Of a stretch of 64,000 nt of DNA, positions 35,671 to 48,887 are shown in pieces. This DNA is from Hemiscyllium ocellatum (taxonomy: Eukaryota), in contig NC_083431.1 of NCBI RefSeq assembly GCF_020745735.1, forward strand, positions 26,688,496 to 26,752,495. Direction: 5' to 3'. The notes under the pieces are model-generated. The model saw only the letters and a list, made by a program, of their open reading frames with translations. It ran no database searches and had not been told where the DNA came from. Within the stretch, counting starts at the first letter, position 1. Every line of letters begins with the position of its first letter. Position numbers and translations under genes: made by a program.

Positions 35671-35936
35671 CTTTTAAAGGGAAGAGATAAGAGAATAAAG
35701 GCATTCTCAATATCTGCACAGCAATCTAGCTACAACAAACCAAAAGAGAACAAGTTTAATTTTTCATTTCAGCTGGGGTATTCCATTTTCAGTACTTGAA
35801 GATACAGCATTTTCTCCACTGACCTATGAGGTGACATTTTGGAGAGATATTTTACACCAATCTTTGAAGCAGAAGCACGAACTCAGATATTCTGACTGAT
35901 AAAGGGGAGAGTGTTATTACCAGGAGATTAAAATAC

Positions 35937-36131
35937 CTTTTCGCCAGACTTTTCTGCCTGAACCTCAGTCAGGTTGTGCTGCAGTCGGTTTATTTCTTTC
36001 TCCTTTTGCTGCACTGTGACTTCTAATTCTGCCTTCTTCTCCAACACATTTCTCAACTGGGTTTGGACAACATTTATTTTATGCCGCAAATCATCGTTTA
36101 CCTTCAGAACGCGATCCAGCTGCTGTTGAAG
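35937..36131 (-). CDS. RILP: RILP exon 4 (coiled coil)
   Basis: ttttattctag| acceptor; LQQQLDRVLKVNDDLRHKINVVQTQLRNVLEKKAELEVTVQQKEKEINRLQHNLTEVQAEKSGEK. AAG|gtattt donor; read-through reaches TAA after two codons. 195 nt, phase 0 to 0. Confidence 0.93.
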
Positions 36132-36919
36132 CTAGAATAAAATAATCTATTGTTAGATCAAAAGTCAGACAGACTTGCTTTCTGTCTACAACTGCCAGTC
36201 TAAACTGCCACACAGTCAAACAGCCTTGCTTCCAAAACTTTTTAAAAGCCACTTAGAGCATTCAAATCCAAACAAACAAAAAAGGGAAGATTTTTCTTTT
36301 AATGTCCTTTTGAAATTTTCTCCTGGCCCCATTTGTGGGTGTGCCAGAAAGATTATGTTTTAATTCCTTAAGAGCTCCTAACTTTGGGGTTTGGTAATTT
36401 TATCTGCCATATTTCCATGGCAGCTAGCTATACTGGCACCTTGCCCTAATACTCCAACTTCAAAAACAAATAACTTTTGATCAGTCCCGCTGAAAATAAG
36501 TCAATTATTCACACACTTTCCCAGAGTTATTAAACAAAGCAAAAAACAAGCAGTAGAACACAGATAACAAGTCTACGTTTGCCATATCTCCTGCAAAATA
36601 TATCTTCAAACCAAGTCACTTACCCGATTATTCAAAATGCAGCCAGAGTCTTGGGCTCCATCTGACGTCCATATGTGGACACTTTCCCAGCACAGCAGGA
36701 TGATTGGATTTGTTCCCTCCCATTTTTTTGGATTCCTAATGCTATACACCCAAATGCACTTTAGCATTGCAGCTGGGGTTCTTATGACACAGTGGTTGTA
36801 TCCCTCTCTCTAGGTCAGAAGGTCTAAGGCCAGAATCCCAAGGGTCAGTGAACAGATTAAGACATCTGTGTCAAACGTGCTGGTACTTGGGTTTAAAAGC
36901 ACCAACATAAAAAAGTTGG

Positions 36920-37860
36920 GATTGACCATAAGAGAGAGGAGTGGAATAAGGCCATTCGACCCATCGTGTCCATACCCCATTCAAATCATGGCTGATGGGC
37001 ATTTCAATGTCACTTATGCACACTCCCCATATCCCTTCATTCCTTGAAAGATAAGAATTTAATCAATCTCTGCCTTGAAGACATTTCGCGTCCCAGCCTC
37101 CACTGCACTCTGTGATAATGAGTTCCAGAGGCCAAGCACACTCTGGCTGAAGAAATGTCTCCTCATTTCAGTTTTAACTTGACCCCCTCTAATGCTAAGG
37201 CTAAGCACACAGGTCCTAGTATCCCCACCTGACAGAAACAATTTCCCAGTGCCCCCCCTTTCTAAGCCATGAAGTGTCTTGTAAAGTTTCTATTTGATCT
37301 CCCCTCAATCTTCTAATGAATACAATCCCAGGATCCTCAGCCATTCATCGTATGTTCGGCCTACCATTCTTGGGATCAAGAGTGTGAATCTCTGCTGGAC
37401 ATACTCCAGTGCCAGTATGTCCTTCCTGAGGTGTGGGACCCAAACCTGGACACAGTATTCTAAAGCAAGACCATAACCAGAACTTTACAAAATCTCAGTA
37501 GCACATCACTGCTTTTACATTCCAACCCTCGAGGTAAATGACAACATTACACTTGCTTTCTTAACCACCGACTCAACCTGCAAGTCAACCTTTAAGAGAA
37601 TCCTGTACGAGCATTCGCCGATCCCTTTGTACTTTGGCTTCATGAATTTTTTCACCATTTAGAAGAAATGGACTATTTTCTAAAGTGCAAGACCTCACAT
37701 CGAATTTCATCAGCCATGTCTTGGACTAGATCTGTCTGCAGCCTCCTTACCTCCTCAGTACTACCTGCCTGTCCATCTAACTTTATATCATCAGCGAACT
37801 TCACCAGAATGCCCCAGTCCCTTCATCCAGGATTATTAATATATTAAAAGTATACAGCTC
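36920..37860 (-). mobile_element. CR1-clade LINE (second subfamily) RT C-terminus and 3' UTR
   Basis: Minus-strand remnants KFADDIK, GLALEYCVQVW and MRRHFFSQSVLGLWNSLSQSAVEAG. Confidence 0.85.
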
Positions 37861-37884
37861 CAACCCCAACAAACGAACCCTGCA

Positions 37885-38252
37885 TTGGAAATGGAGGGGT
37901 GACATTACAGAGGTTTACAAAATTATGAGGGGCATGGATAGGATAAATAGACAGAGTCTTTCCCCCGGAGTCAGGGAGTCCAGAACTAAGGGGGCATAGG
38001 TTTAGGGTGAGAGGGGAAAGGTATATAAAAGAGAGACACCTATGGGGCAACTTTTTCCACTCAGAGGATAGTATGGGTATGGAATGAGCTGCAAGAAGTG
38101 AAAGAGGCTGGTACATTTGCAACATTTAAAAGGCATTTGGATAGGTATATGAATAGGAAGGGTTTGGAGGGATAAGGGCAGGGTGCTAGATTGGGTTGGG
38201 ATATCTGGTCGGCATGGACAGGTTGGACCGAAGGGTCTGTTTCTACGCTGTA
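37885..38252 (+). mobile_element. CR1-clade LINE 3' fragment
   Basis: Forward copy of the family at 1950-2485, 8611-9170 and 32100-32600 (gaggtttacaaaattatgaggggcatggatagg...ggaccgaagggtctgtttc). Confidence 0.9.
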
Positions 38253-39439
38253 TATCGGACTATCTGGCTGATTCTGGAGAAACTTTCCTTTGAGGCAGCA
38301 CAAATTCAGATCACTTGATATTATACATAACTATTATTTCAACAAGGATGTTAAACTCAAGCCAATTAGGTCAATGAATAAAAACAGTATTGCTTTTTAA
38401 GAGCAGGAACATTCTCCCCCTTTGTCCGGTCCAATTTTTGCCCATGAAATTAACAGCTCAGAAATCAGATGACCTGATCATTGACTGTTGCATTTCTCTG
38501 CATTACAACAATGACTACTCAGTCAAAGATGTTGAATGAGAAAAAGTAGTGTTTGAAAGTGTTCTGACATTGCGGAACTCACTGTATGAAGAAAATCTGT
38601 GATAGAAGTTTGTGATTAGATAGTGTAAATTTGATTTACTGGTTAACCAGAGAGGAATGCCAAACATCTAACAGCACAAAGTGTATGATGGGAAGTACTA
38701 AAATTTGTTTGATAGAGTATAGAGTGCAGGTCCCATAGAAGGAGGAAAAAGATAACCTGGTGTTGTCTGATTTTTAAACTTTGTCCACCCCAGTCCAACA
38801 CTGGCACCTCCAAATCCTGAGAATCGGGGTGTGGGTGTGCTCCCACTTTAACATTACTGCATCTTTACACCTACAATCTTTGTTCCAGTATAATTTGGAT
38901 TTGCTGCTGAAAGGACCACCCAGGATTTGGTAACACTCACGTGATAGTGGCAAATGATGGAAAATCATGGCCAGTTTCCAGTTATAGTAACAATACTTTA
39001 GTGTGTCCTTGGTTCCAAGACATTTCACTTTTTAAATTGATTTATGCAGTCACTAATACGGCTGGCTGCTAAAAGTTTCTTTTTAACCAATTTACTCTTA
39101 AAAATCTCAAAGTAAAGATTAGGTGAGGGACTGAAAGTGACTATAACAATCGCAGTGCTGTGATATTTCCCCCTTACTCCCACAATACCACCTAAGTGCA
39201 TAGTGCTTATATTTTCTCCAGCACCCATGTCATGTGTGTGCACATGTGTAAGACACCGTGAAAGACAACAGGTGTACAAATCTTTATTCAATTCCAACCA
39301 CCAGGAAGAAAAACCAAAAGGTGGCCAGTGACAAGCAATGCCCTTCTCGAAGGGTAAGGATTAAAATCAAAATAGTGCTGGAGGGGGAAAATAAAGCACT
39401 CCACTCACTGCAGTGCCCACCTCAAGGGAAACAGCAGAT

Positions 39440-39540
39440 TTAGTCCAATAGGTTTATTTGGAAGCACTGCCTCTTCGAAAAGCTAGTACTTTCAAATAAA
39501 CCTGTTGGGCTACAACCTGCTGTTGTGTGATTTTTAACAA
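39440..39540. mobile_element. Short fold-back Penelope-like terminal-repeat remnant (second family); related 3'-end pieces at 38753-38815 and 51360-51400
   Basis: tagtccaataggtttatttggaagcact ... agtactttcaaataaacctgttgggcta inverted arms around a GAAAAGCTAG loop; same family as 43311-43520 and 61909-62060. Confidence 0.7.
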
Positions 39541-41210
39541 TGTGATTCTCAGTGACCTCATGCAGTGACAGTATAATCTTCCCCAGAAATATATTATAGC
39601 TGTGGCTTTCTGTCTGCTTACTATTTTTGGCCAAATTGGTAGTTCAAAAATTATAGTTTGCTCAAAATCTTAGTGGCATAACATCCTCAAGACCTCAATT
39701 ATTGAGTGTGTCACTAACCCTTTAATGACTCAAGTATTTTGGGGAGGGAGAAACATGAAGCCCAGTGAAGCTTTCCACTAAACGGTGGAAATTATTGCTA
39801 CAGAGTCAGGAAACTGAACAGAACTGAAAAAATTGGCTCTGAACAGAAGAAAATGCTCGAATCAAAGCAAAATACTGTGAATGCAAGAAATCTAAAATCA
39901 AAATGCTGGAGAAACTCTCAGATCTGACAGCATCTGTGCAGAGAGAAGAACAATTAAAATGTCAAGTATGACTGGAGTCCAACGGAGCAGTCATACCAGA
40001 TCCAAAACATCAAAATTTGTTTAACCAGCATGGTGTTTGTTACAAGAAAGCATGATTGACTCTTAATTCTACCATCTGTTGTGGCACAATTCGAACCTGG
40101 ATTCCTGGAACATTAGTTGGGTCTCTGGATTAACAGTCCAGTGATAATACCACCAGGCTATTGCCTCCCCAAGAAAGCACAATATTCTACATTAGCTCAT
40201 CAGGAACACAATTGTAAAAATCAGATGCCATGTCTGAAGCCTTTTCAATCACCTGAAGTAAAAAAGGTTGCTATGCAAATGAAGTTTGTTTTTAAAAAAA
40301 AATACATTGAAGAGTATTCTAGAAGGGATCATTGGCTCAAGTTGCATAAGTTGATCATTTCACCTTATCTCTTTACAATGTAAATGAACTAATCAATTTA
40401 GAATTCTAAGCTAATTAACTGTCACTCAATTTAGCAACACTTGGAGTTCAAATTGTTTTAAAAACACAAGGCTAGTTTGTATTTAAATTAACCCAAACCA
40501 TTTCAAATCAAACAACAAGATACAGACAATGAAGCATAACATCCATTTGTATTTCATTAGTTGCACACCATAAGTGGTGTCTAAGCAAGGACAGAAGCAA
40601 CCACCTTTAAGAATAGAATCCTTTACCTCTCACAGCACTCACCACAAAAGGTAATAAGGGCTATGAACAAAATGGTCTTCACACCCACAGCTCAGAAACC
40701 TTTTGTCAACTGACAGAAAAAGAGAATATAAATTCAAGATGTGGGGCATACATCAGTAGTTATGCCTTCTGCTGTCCTAAATCATTCTGGAATTATTTTT
40801 CCATATACTTAACTGCTCTTCCCAGTGTCAAAAATCTTAAAACCACCTCTAACTTTCAATTGTTCTTTCTTAATTGGCTTGGCATCCATTTTATTTCAGT
40901 TTACTGGTTTTCTACATTAAACGGAATACTCCTATACAAATGATTTTTAACATTTGTTGTTTTAGCACAAATAAAAAAAAAGTGATGCAGTTTTAAAAAG
41001 GTGAAATGATTCAGAACTGTGCACAAAATCTTGTAATTGGATGATCCAAGATTTTTTAAAATTATCTTCCAGCAGGAGGTGGATAGACAATTGGACTTTG
41101 TTTTCTTTACAAAAATATTCCCTTATTGTTAAATGCAGCTTCTATTTTAGAATTCTTCACTAAACTAAAGAAACTAAAGAAAACCCAAAGCAGCAAAGTT
41201 TCTTACTTAC

Positions 41211-41332
41211 TGCATCGACATCTTCATTCTTGCAATAGATCTCATGGCCTTTGGCTCGAATCTCATCTCGTTGTTGATCAACCACTTCTTTTAATTTTAG
41301 CATTACTTCTCGTTCCTTCTTGGAAAGGCTGT
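41211..41332 (-). CDS. RILP: RILP exon 3
   Basis: ctttcttttattag| acceptor and GCA|gtaagt donor; 122 nt, phase 1 to 0; (D)SLSKKEREVMLKLKEVVDQQRDEIRAKGHEIYCKNEDVDA, the RILP-family EREVMxKLKEVVDxQRDEIRAK motif. Confidence 0.95.
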
Positions 41333-42172
41333 CTAATAAAAGAAAGGCTGTCAACACATCGGTCCTTGGATTACAGAGGCAGAGGCATTCTAAATATATA
41401 GTCTCCTGCAGGGTTTGTAAGAGTAGATCAAATCTTTAAAATGCACAAGATGCAATCCCACTCAAGCCATGGAAGGGTACATTAATGTATTCGGTGGCAG
41501 ATATCATAACCATATTACTCACAATTAACAAGTTTTGAATTTGCCTCAACTCCCTTCACATGCAGGCAAGCCATGTTTTGAACAAAGTTCTTCCTTCAGT
41601 TGTTAAATTCAGCTTTAATTATATCACCAGTGCAAAGTGCTCTCAAGCTCAAATTTAACTGTCTAGCTTTTGTCTATCAGTCCTTTACTGTGCAAAAACA
41701 GTTGACACAATACAACAGCCTGAGGAATGTGTTATCAGGGACATTGTAGCTACAATGTTACAACTTACAACTCAAAATCTGGGAGGCCGGAGTTCGAGTT
41801 CCAGTCATTTGTAATCAGGCTCTTTTGGCTGATTTCTGGCACGTGGTAGACAACGTGATTAAGACAAGGAAGATAGAACAGGGGTGAGGGGGAGGCAAGA
41901 ATTCTTTTCTGGCTCAAGGACACTTCCTGACACAGAAAAACAACAATGACAACAGTGCTGGCAATACTTCTGCAAAAATCTGATAAGATGGATTTTACCT
42001 TTTTGCCCATGGGGGAAATAAGTGCTATATTGGGAGTGGACCAAAAAACCCTAAATATTTAAACCTAAATGCTGTTATGATGAACTCTGATCAATGAAGC
42101 AACATGCCAAAAATCAAAGTGTTCAGATCCACTAAATATATAGGGTCTCTGAACTCTCACTTCTACACTTTG

Positions 42173-42201
42173 ACACACACACACACACACACACACACAC
42201 A
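42173..42201. repeat. (AC)n microsatellite
   Basis: About 14 consecutive AC units. Confidence 0.95.
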
Positions 42202-42312
42202 TTCACCATCTCATTCTCACTTTCACACGCTCACTCTCTCCAAAACTCTAACATTGCATGTGTCAGAAAAACAATTATTTCTCTTGCGCAGGCTCATACT
42301 ACACACACTCTC

Positions 42313-42597
42313 ATGGCAGTGGTTAGCATTGCTGCCTCACAGCGCTAGAGCCCTGGGTTCAATTCCCACCTAAGGCGACTGTGTGGAGTTTGCACATTCT
42401 CCTAGTGTCTGTGTGGGTTTCCTCCGGGTGCTCCAGTTTCCTTCCACAATCCAAAAATCCGCAGGTTCGGTAAATTGCCCGTAGTGTTAGGCGAAGGAGT
42501 AAATATAGGGGAATGGGTGTGGGTGGGTTGTGCTTCAACGGGTCAGTGTGAACTTGTTGAGCTGAAAGGCCTGTTTCCATGCTAAATATCTAACCTA
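42313..42597 (+). mobile_element. V-SINE (HE1-type), near full length
   Basis: tRNA head (cagtggttagc...GGTTCAATTCC), V-domain tgtggagtttgcacattctcc...gggtttcctccgggtgctccagtttcc, and a 3' tail ending gcctgtttccatgct. Confidence 0.88.
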
Positions 42598-43310
42598 AAG
42601 TGAAAAGCAGTTCACCAAAAGAAAACACATCAATCTCATGCTGCAGCAATTGCTTTAATGGGGCTGGAGTAGATTACCCACCAAACCTCAACCAACATTT
42701 ATCAAAAAAAATGAAGCAAGCACACAGTAAGAGTTTGCTTTCTCTCTCCAGAGAGACTAGTTGACCTGCTGAATTTCTCCAGCATTATGGAAACAACCTG
42801 AAAATGGCAGTTTTAAAAAAATGTTATTGCGGGCGTGAATGGGATGAGCCACCAGATTTAGAACACAGTTACATTCTAAGTATGGCCAAGAAGCCGCCTC
42901 TTCAGGACGATAAATGTTTTAAACTACTTGAAGATATGGTCAGACAATATAGATTTTAACTAAGGAACTAAAAGCTGGTCCCAATGGGCCATTAAAAACA
43001 ACAACCATTCATTCAGAGCCAGCATCTGCTGCCTGTTCTCAATGGCCCTCAAGTGGTTTCCTAGACCATTTCAGAAGATACTGAAGAGTCAGTTAGATTG
43101 TTAATCTGGAGTCTTACTTTCCAGACTAAGTATGGATGGCAATGTTCCTAAGAAAATTGATGAATTAATAACTGTCTCAAAAATCATTAACACAGGCTAA
43201 TATTACAATCCTGATTTATTAAATTACATTAGAGTTGCTGGAATTTCAAGCTGAGTGACCAGAGCACTACCCTGGGCTTCAGGATTGCTGGTCTAGTGAA
43301 AGTTTTAGAA

Positions 43311-43520
43311 CAAAAGTCACAACACCAGGTTACAGTCCAACAGGTTTATTTGGAAGTACAAGCTTTTGCAGTGCTGCTGCTTCATCAGGTAGCAGCCTGA
43401 TGTAGGAAGGAGCAGTGCTCCAAAAACTCATACTTCCAAGTAAAGCTGTTGGACTATAACCTAGTGTTGTGCGATTTTTAAAAATTTTTCCACCCTAGTC
43501 CAACACTGGCATCTCCACAC
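43311..43520. mobile_element. Fold-back Penelope-like element with two back-to-back hammerhead remnants
   Basis: Inverted arms around TTCATCAGG-tagcag-CCTGATG. The left arm on minus reads TAC-CTGATGA-A-GCAG-cagca-CTGC-AAAA-GCTT-GTA. Flanked by GTCTAGTGAA / GTCCAGTGAA (9/10) inside a SINE remnant. Confidence 0.82.
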
Positions 43521-43793
43521 AGTCCAGTGAAGTTATCATGACACCTCCATCTTCCCCTAATAGATGTTGTTTTTAGTTGACACAAGGTATGAAGTGTTAT
43601 GGAGGAGCAGGCATGAAAGTGAAGGCTACAGTGAATTCCATAGAAGCAGTGCACATGCTATTTTGAAGGCCTCAGGCTTCTGCAACATTAAGGAGTCAAA
43701 ATTTTACATACTCAATATCTTTTACAAAGTCAGTCAGTCTGCTTGCTTAAGGATGCAGATGCAGGAGTCCATGTAACCAGAGATTTGATTTAC

Positions 43794-43917
43794 CTTCCTG
43801 AGACTGAATCTCAACCAACTGGTTAACAAGACGCTGGTTTTCATCTGTCAGTTGGGAAATCTGTTTCTGTAGTTCCTGGATTGGTTTATGCCACGTGCTT
43901 GTTTTATGATCCAGATC
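43794..43917 (-). CDS. RILP: RILP exon 2
   Basis: ctctgtttcag| acceptor and GAAG|gtaaat donor; 124 nt, phase 0 to 1; DLDHKTSTWHKPIQELQKQISQLTDENQRLVNQLVEIQSQE (coiled coil; phases fit exons 1 and 3). Confidence 0.9.
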
Positions 43918-44619
43918 CTGAAACAGAGCAGGGATGAAATGTACTGCATTTCGTAATACGGTTTACAATACACAGTTTTGGAGACAGTAGGTTAGAGCTC
44001 GCTTAATTCTGGCACTAGAAACTGAAGCCAATCCTAAATACAAGATTTTTGGGGCATGGAAGAGACCACCTTGAACTCCAGGCTACTCACTCACGATTTG
44101 GGAACATACTTATGAATCATCCCTCCCCAACATTACAGGAATCACAAGGACTGCAATAGTTTGAGAAAGAAGGCATCCTGCTATCTTAAGGAAAGTAGGT
44201 GTATAATGTGGATAATCTATGTTGTCAGATCAATACTACACATGTCAATAATGATCATAAACAGAATCTGTACTGGACAGAGTTAAAGCACAGACTAAAA
44301 AAAGTACATGAAATAGGAAACATTCACATGGTACAACACAGTGCTGACTTTGTCACTGTGTGCAGATGTCAGTCAGTCAGTCAGTCAATGTAATGGCAGC
44401 ATTTCCAAACTGCAGTCTGGAGGAGCAGGCTTAAGATCCCACAAGCCATTGTTATTAGTACAAAGCAGGCTCCCAGTTTCTGGAGACAGAAAGAGGAGTA
44501 ACTTACTCCTACACTCCAAAGAGATACGCATGGGTATTTTTTTAAAAAAGTATATTTACAAAGAGGTAGAGCAAGATAAATAGTTTGAAAAAGGATGAAT
44601 AGAAACAAATGTTGATAAT

Positions 44620-47160
44620 GTTAGCTGAAGTACAGGGTACTCCTGAGGAGCATTAAAAAAATGCCTTGGGCCAGTAGGGCCAAATGGCCTGTTTCTGTGT
44701 AATAAAATGTTAATATTCTAATTAATTCTCCATGATTTAAGAAGCTAGCTAGAAAATGTATAACCAGATAGTAACAGTTTCTACATGTACCTGAAAATGG
44801 AACAGTACATAAAGTGAGGGTTGACATGAGAGGGAGTGAAAGAGAAGGAGGGCACAATTCAGGAACATTGAATGTTTAGTTGAAAAGAAAGGAAAACATA
44901 TGTAAGGTTTAGGAAAACAAATTAAATAAGATCCTTGAGGAATGTAAATGGAAGTAGGAAAGCAAAAAAATGGGTCATTACATATCCTTGGCAACCATGC
45001 TGAAGGAGGATGCCAATGCATTTTGTACATATTAGAAGCAAGAGAGTAGCTAGGAAGAGGTTGGTCCACTCAAGGACAAAAAGGAGGGAATTTATGCATA
45101 CAGCCAGAGGAACTGGATAATTGTCCTTAATGAGTACTTCATACTCAACATTCACCAAAAAGAAGGGTACGGATGATGGTAAAATGAAGAGAGGCACATT
45201 AATATTAAGGAGGTGGCATTGGAGGTCTTGAAAAACATTGAGGGGGGATAAGTCAGCCAGGGCCTGTGGGATCTATCCCAGGATAAAAGAGGAAGTAAGG
45301 ATGGAGATTGCTGGGGGCTTTTCAGAGAGATCCTTGTACCCTATTCAGCCACAGAAAATCTCAGGACTAGAGAATAGCAAATATTGTTCCTTTGAACAAG
45401 GAGGGAAGGAGGGACAATACAAGAAATTATACATCTGTGGCAAGTAAAGTATTGGAGATTCTTAGGGACAGGATTTACTGGAAAATAATGGACTGATAAG
45501 GGATAGTTAGCAGGGCTATGTGCAAGTTTTTTGAGCAAATAATGATGATTGAAGTGGGAGTTGACAGAGCATGTTGACCCTGGGCACACAGATAAGATGG
45601 CCACTGAGCTATTACATGGAAAAAATACATTAAAGCATACACAATACTGCCTGAAGCCAACAGGCTACCACAGCACAATAGACAGAGCATAGATGATTAG
45701 TTTAAAAAGGCAGGTGGGGGAAAAAAGAGAATGCACATCGGTAACGTCTACTGCCTGAAGTGTCTGAGACCACCTTAAATAGAAATGTGAACCACCTGAG
45801 ACTGCTGGTGTACAAATGTTAACAGCAGTATTGGAAAACAATCTTCCTGCTCAGCAAGAACGATCACAACCACTGAAACGGACAATGATTTTGTAATGTT
45901 TTCTGTAAAAAAAAATATCATGTTGTACAAACAGACTCGTACTTGAAGTTTTGTACCACAGATGTATAAAATATCATGACACGTGGTCAGAGAGCAAGGA
46001 GACTCACAACTTTGTACAATAAACTCTGTCATTGAATCCTGATTCTGACTCCATGACTGGCGATTTTCCCCCACAACATTGGGGGTGCTGTGAATATTAT
46101 CCACAAGGACTTTAAGCATTTGACAAGGTAGGCTGGTCCAGAAGATTAAATCACAGGATCCATGATGAGTTGGAAAGTTAGATACAAAATTGGTTTGGTC
46201 ATAGAAGACAGGAGGGTAGTCATCGAGAGGTCTTTTCCAACTTGGTGTTCTGAGAGGATCAATGTTGAGATTTTTATTGTTTGGATGAAAAGGTCAGTGG
46301 TCTGATTAGTAAGTTTGCAGATGACAAAAATTGGTGGAGTTGTGGATAGTGAGGAAGGTTGTCAAAGGATACAGCAGTATATAGATCAGTTGGAAAGTTG
46401 GGCAAAAAAAAAGGGACTTGGAGTTTAATCCAGACAAAATGTGAGGTGATGCATTTTAGGAGATCAAATGCAAGAGGAAAGCATGCAGGGTCCTTAGAAG
46501 CATTGATATTTAGGAGGGATTTTTGGGGTGCAAGTCCATAGCTCCCTGAATGTGGCAACGCATGTGGATAAGGTGATAAAAAGGTAGCACACAGCATGCT
46601 TGCCTTCATTGGTCAATGCATTAAGTGTAAAAGTTAGCAAGTCATGTTGATAGATAAGAATTTTAGTTAGGCCACCATTTGGATTATGTAAAGTTCTGGT
46701 CACTACACCATAGGAAGAATGTGGAGGCTTTGAAGAGGGTGCAAAAGTGGTTTCCAGAATTGAAGTGCATTAGTTAGGAGGAGAGATCAGACAAAATTGG
46801 ATTGTTTCTACGAGGTATTGTAGGCAGAGGGGAGACCTGCTAGAAGTACATGAAATGAGGGACATGGATAGAGTGGATAGTCAGAACCTTTTTGCCTCCA
46901 AGTGGTAATGTCAATTTTGTTTGGGGGGGGGAAATATATAGGTTTAAAGGCAAAAATAAGACATGAAGCAAGAGGATAGTGGGTTTGTGGAACACATGCC
47001 AGGGGAGGTGGTAGAAGCAGATAAAATAGCAGTAATTAAGAGGCATTTAGACACAAACATACAGAGCAGAGAGATATGAAGCAGATGGGACAAATTTAGA
47101 ATGGGATTGTGTTTGGCACAGATATGGTGGGCAGGTGGGCCTGTTCCATAATAAAGAAAA
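44620..47160 (+). mobile_element. Fragmented old CR1-clade LINE (with intervening sequence)
   Basis: Remnants GIYPRIKEE, SKFADDKNW and KCEVMHFRRSNARG, and a CR1-type 3' UTR ending ~47150. Confidence 0.75.
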
Positions 47161-47199
47161 TGTGATGCCCACATCTCAATATTGAAAATAAAAGTTAAA

Positions 47200-48530
47200 G
47201 TGAACAAGTGGGACTGAGTTAACTAATGGATCTGTGGCTGGCACATCTCCAAGTCCAGATAATGTCATCTTAGGATCTTAAGAGATGATAAATGCATCGG
47301 CGTAAATGTTTCAGAAGTCCCTACACTCTACAGAGGATCCATTTGATTGAAAGCTAACAAAAATTTAGCTCTTGGAGACAGAAAGCAGGGGGAAAAAAAA
47401 AGAAAATCACAGGTCTGTTAGCTTGACATCATGAGGCTTTGTGTTTGAATCAAATTTAAAAGTGGTTATAGTTAGCCATTTTGATATATTTAGGGCAAAA
47501 TCAGAAAGTCAGCAAAGGTTTTGAGAAAACAAAGTCATGTAACCATACTAGATCAAGTCTTGGTCTTCTGCCTGCCAGCCAGGGAAATGCAGCAAGAGAT
47601 TTTTCTGAGCGGCAGGATAAGACCAAAGTTATTCCACAGGGGTCTGTTCTGGGGCCTCAACTTCTTACATCAGTGACTTGGGAGAAGAGAAAAGACAGTG
47701 GTTTAACTTGTAGAAGATAAAGATAGGTAAAGGATGGTGTGACAGGGTCAGGAGTTTTCAGGCTTACATAAGTAGTTGAGAAATTAGGCAAAAATCCAGT
47801 AGTTAAGTAGCAAAGGGAAAATCGAAGGTTTTTCAGTACAAAGCTGCAAGAAATTTAAAAACAAAAAAAAAAAGGGGAGTGTATTGCTTGAGAATGATTG
47901 CAGAATTCTGAGCCACACAGGATGTTCCACTACTCAAACCACAAAATGCTTAGGTCCAGTAAGTAATTAAGATGGCTAAAGGAATGCTATTCTTAATTTA
48001 TAAAAAGAAATTGAACATAAAAAGCAAGGTTTACATTTCAGTTACACAGGTAACTGGTAGTCCTTGTCCTTCTGGATGGCAGAGATCACAGCTTTGGAAA
48101 ATGCTGTCAAATTGGGAAGTTGCTATAGTGTATCTTGATGGTACACTGCTGCTATGGCCCGTGCTCAATGTAGTGTTGAAGGTGTTGGAGCTGCACCCAC
48201 CTGAACAAGAGGGGAGTATTCTGTCACACTCGTTACTTGTGCCTTCTAGTGATAGGAAGACAGAAGGGGAGTTAGTCAGGAGGTATAGTCACAGTATTTA
48301 TATGCTTAGCACAGTTCAGGTTCTGCTCAAATGGTAACTTCAGCATGTTGATAATGGAGATTAGTGATGGTAGTACAACTCAATAATCAAATGGGAAATG
48401 GTTAGAATCTCTTGTTGCAGTTAGTTATTGCTTGGCAAATGTGACACGAATGTTATTCAACATTTAACTACCGAGCCTGGATTCATCCTGATCTTGCTGC
48501 ATATGGACAAGGTTTGCTTCAATTGATAGT
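47200..48530. mobile_element. Decayed CR1-type (+, ~47200-48060) and L2-like (-, ~48060-48530) fragments
   Basis: IPQGSVLGPQL RT motif at ~47630-47665; the second part resembles 24400-24850. Confidence 0.55.
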
Positions 48531-48646
48531 GATCAATTTTGCATTGAAAAAAATCAATTCACCACACAAATATGCAGTACACAACTGTAAATTCTACTAT
48601 TAAAAAAAATGTATTGTAACCACAAAGTTTAGTGACAAGTTTGGGG

Positions 48647-48887
48647 TGGCACTGCACCCAGGTTCTATTCCAGCCTTGGGTAAGTGTTTGTGTGGAGTTT
48701 GCACATTCCTGTGTCTGTGTGGGCTTCTTCCCACAGTCCAAAGATGTGCAGGTCAGGTGAACTGGCCATTCTAAATTGCCTATATAGTGTTAGGTAAGAG
48801 GGAAATGGGTCTGGGTGGGTTTCTCTTTGGAGGGTCACTGTGGACTTGTTGGGCCGAAGGGCTGGTTTCTGCACTGTAGGGAATCTA
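48647..48887 (+). mobile_element. V-SINE (HE1-type), partial
   Basis: tgtggagtttgcacattcc...cccacagtccaaagatgtgcaggtcaggtgaac...ttgttgggccgaagggctggtttc...aatctaa. Confidence 0.85.

Noticed and set aside
39170-39430. Repeat-like segment with a minus-strand AATAAA and a weak hairpin
   Set aside because: It may be the 3' end of a mobile element, but I cannot assign a family or boundaries from the sequence alone.
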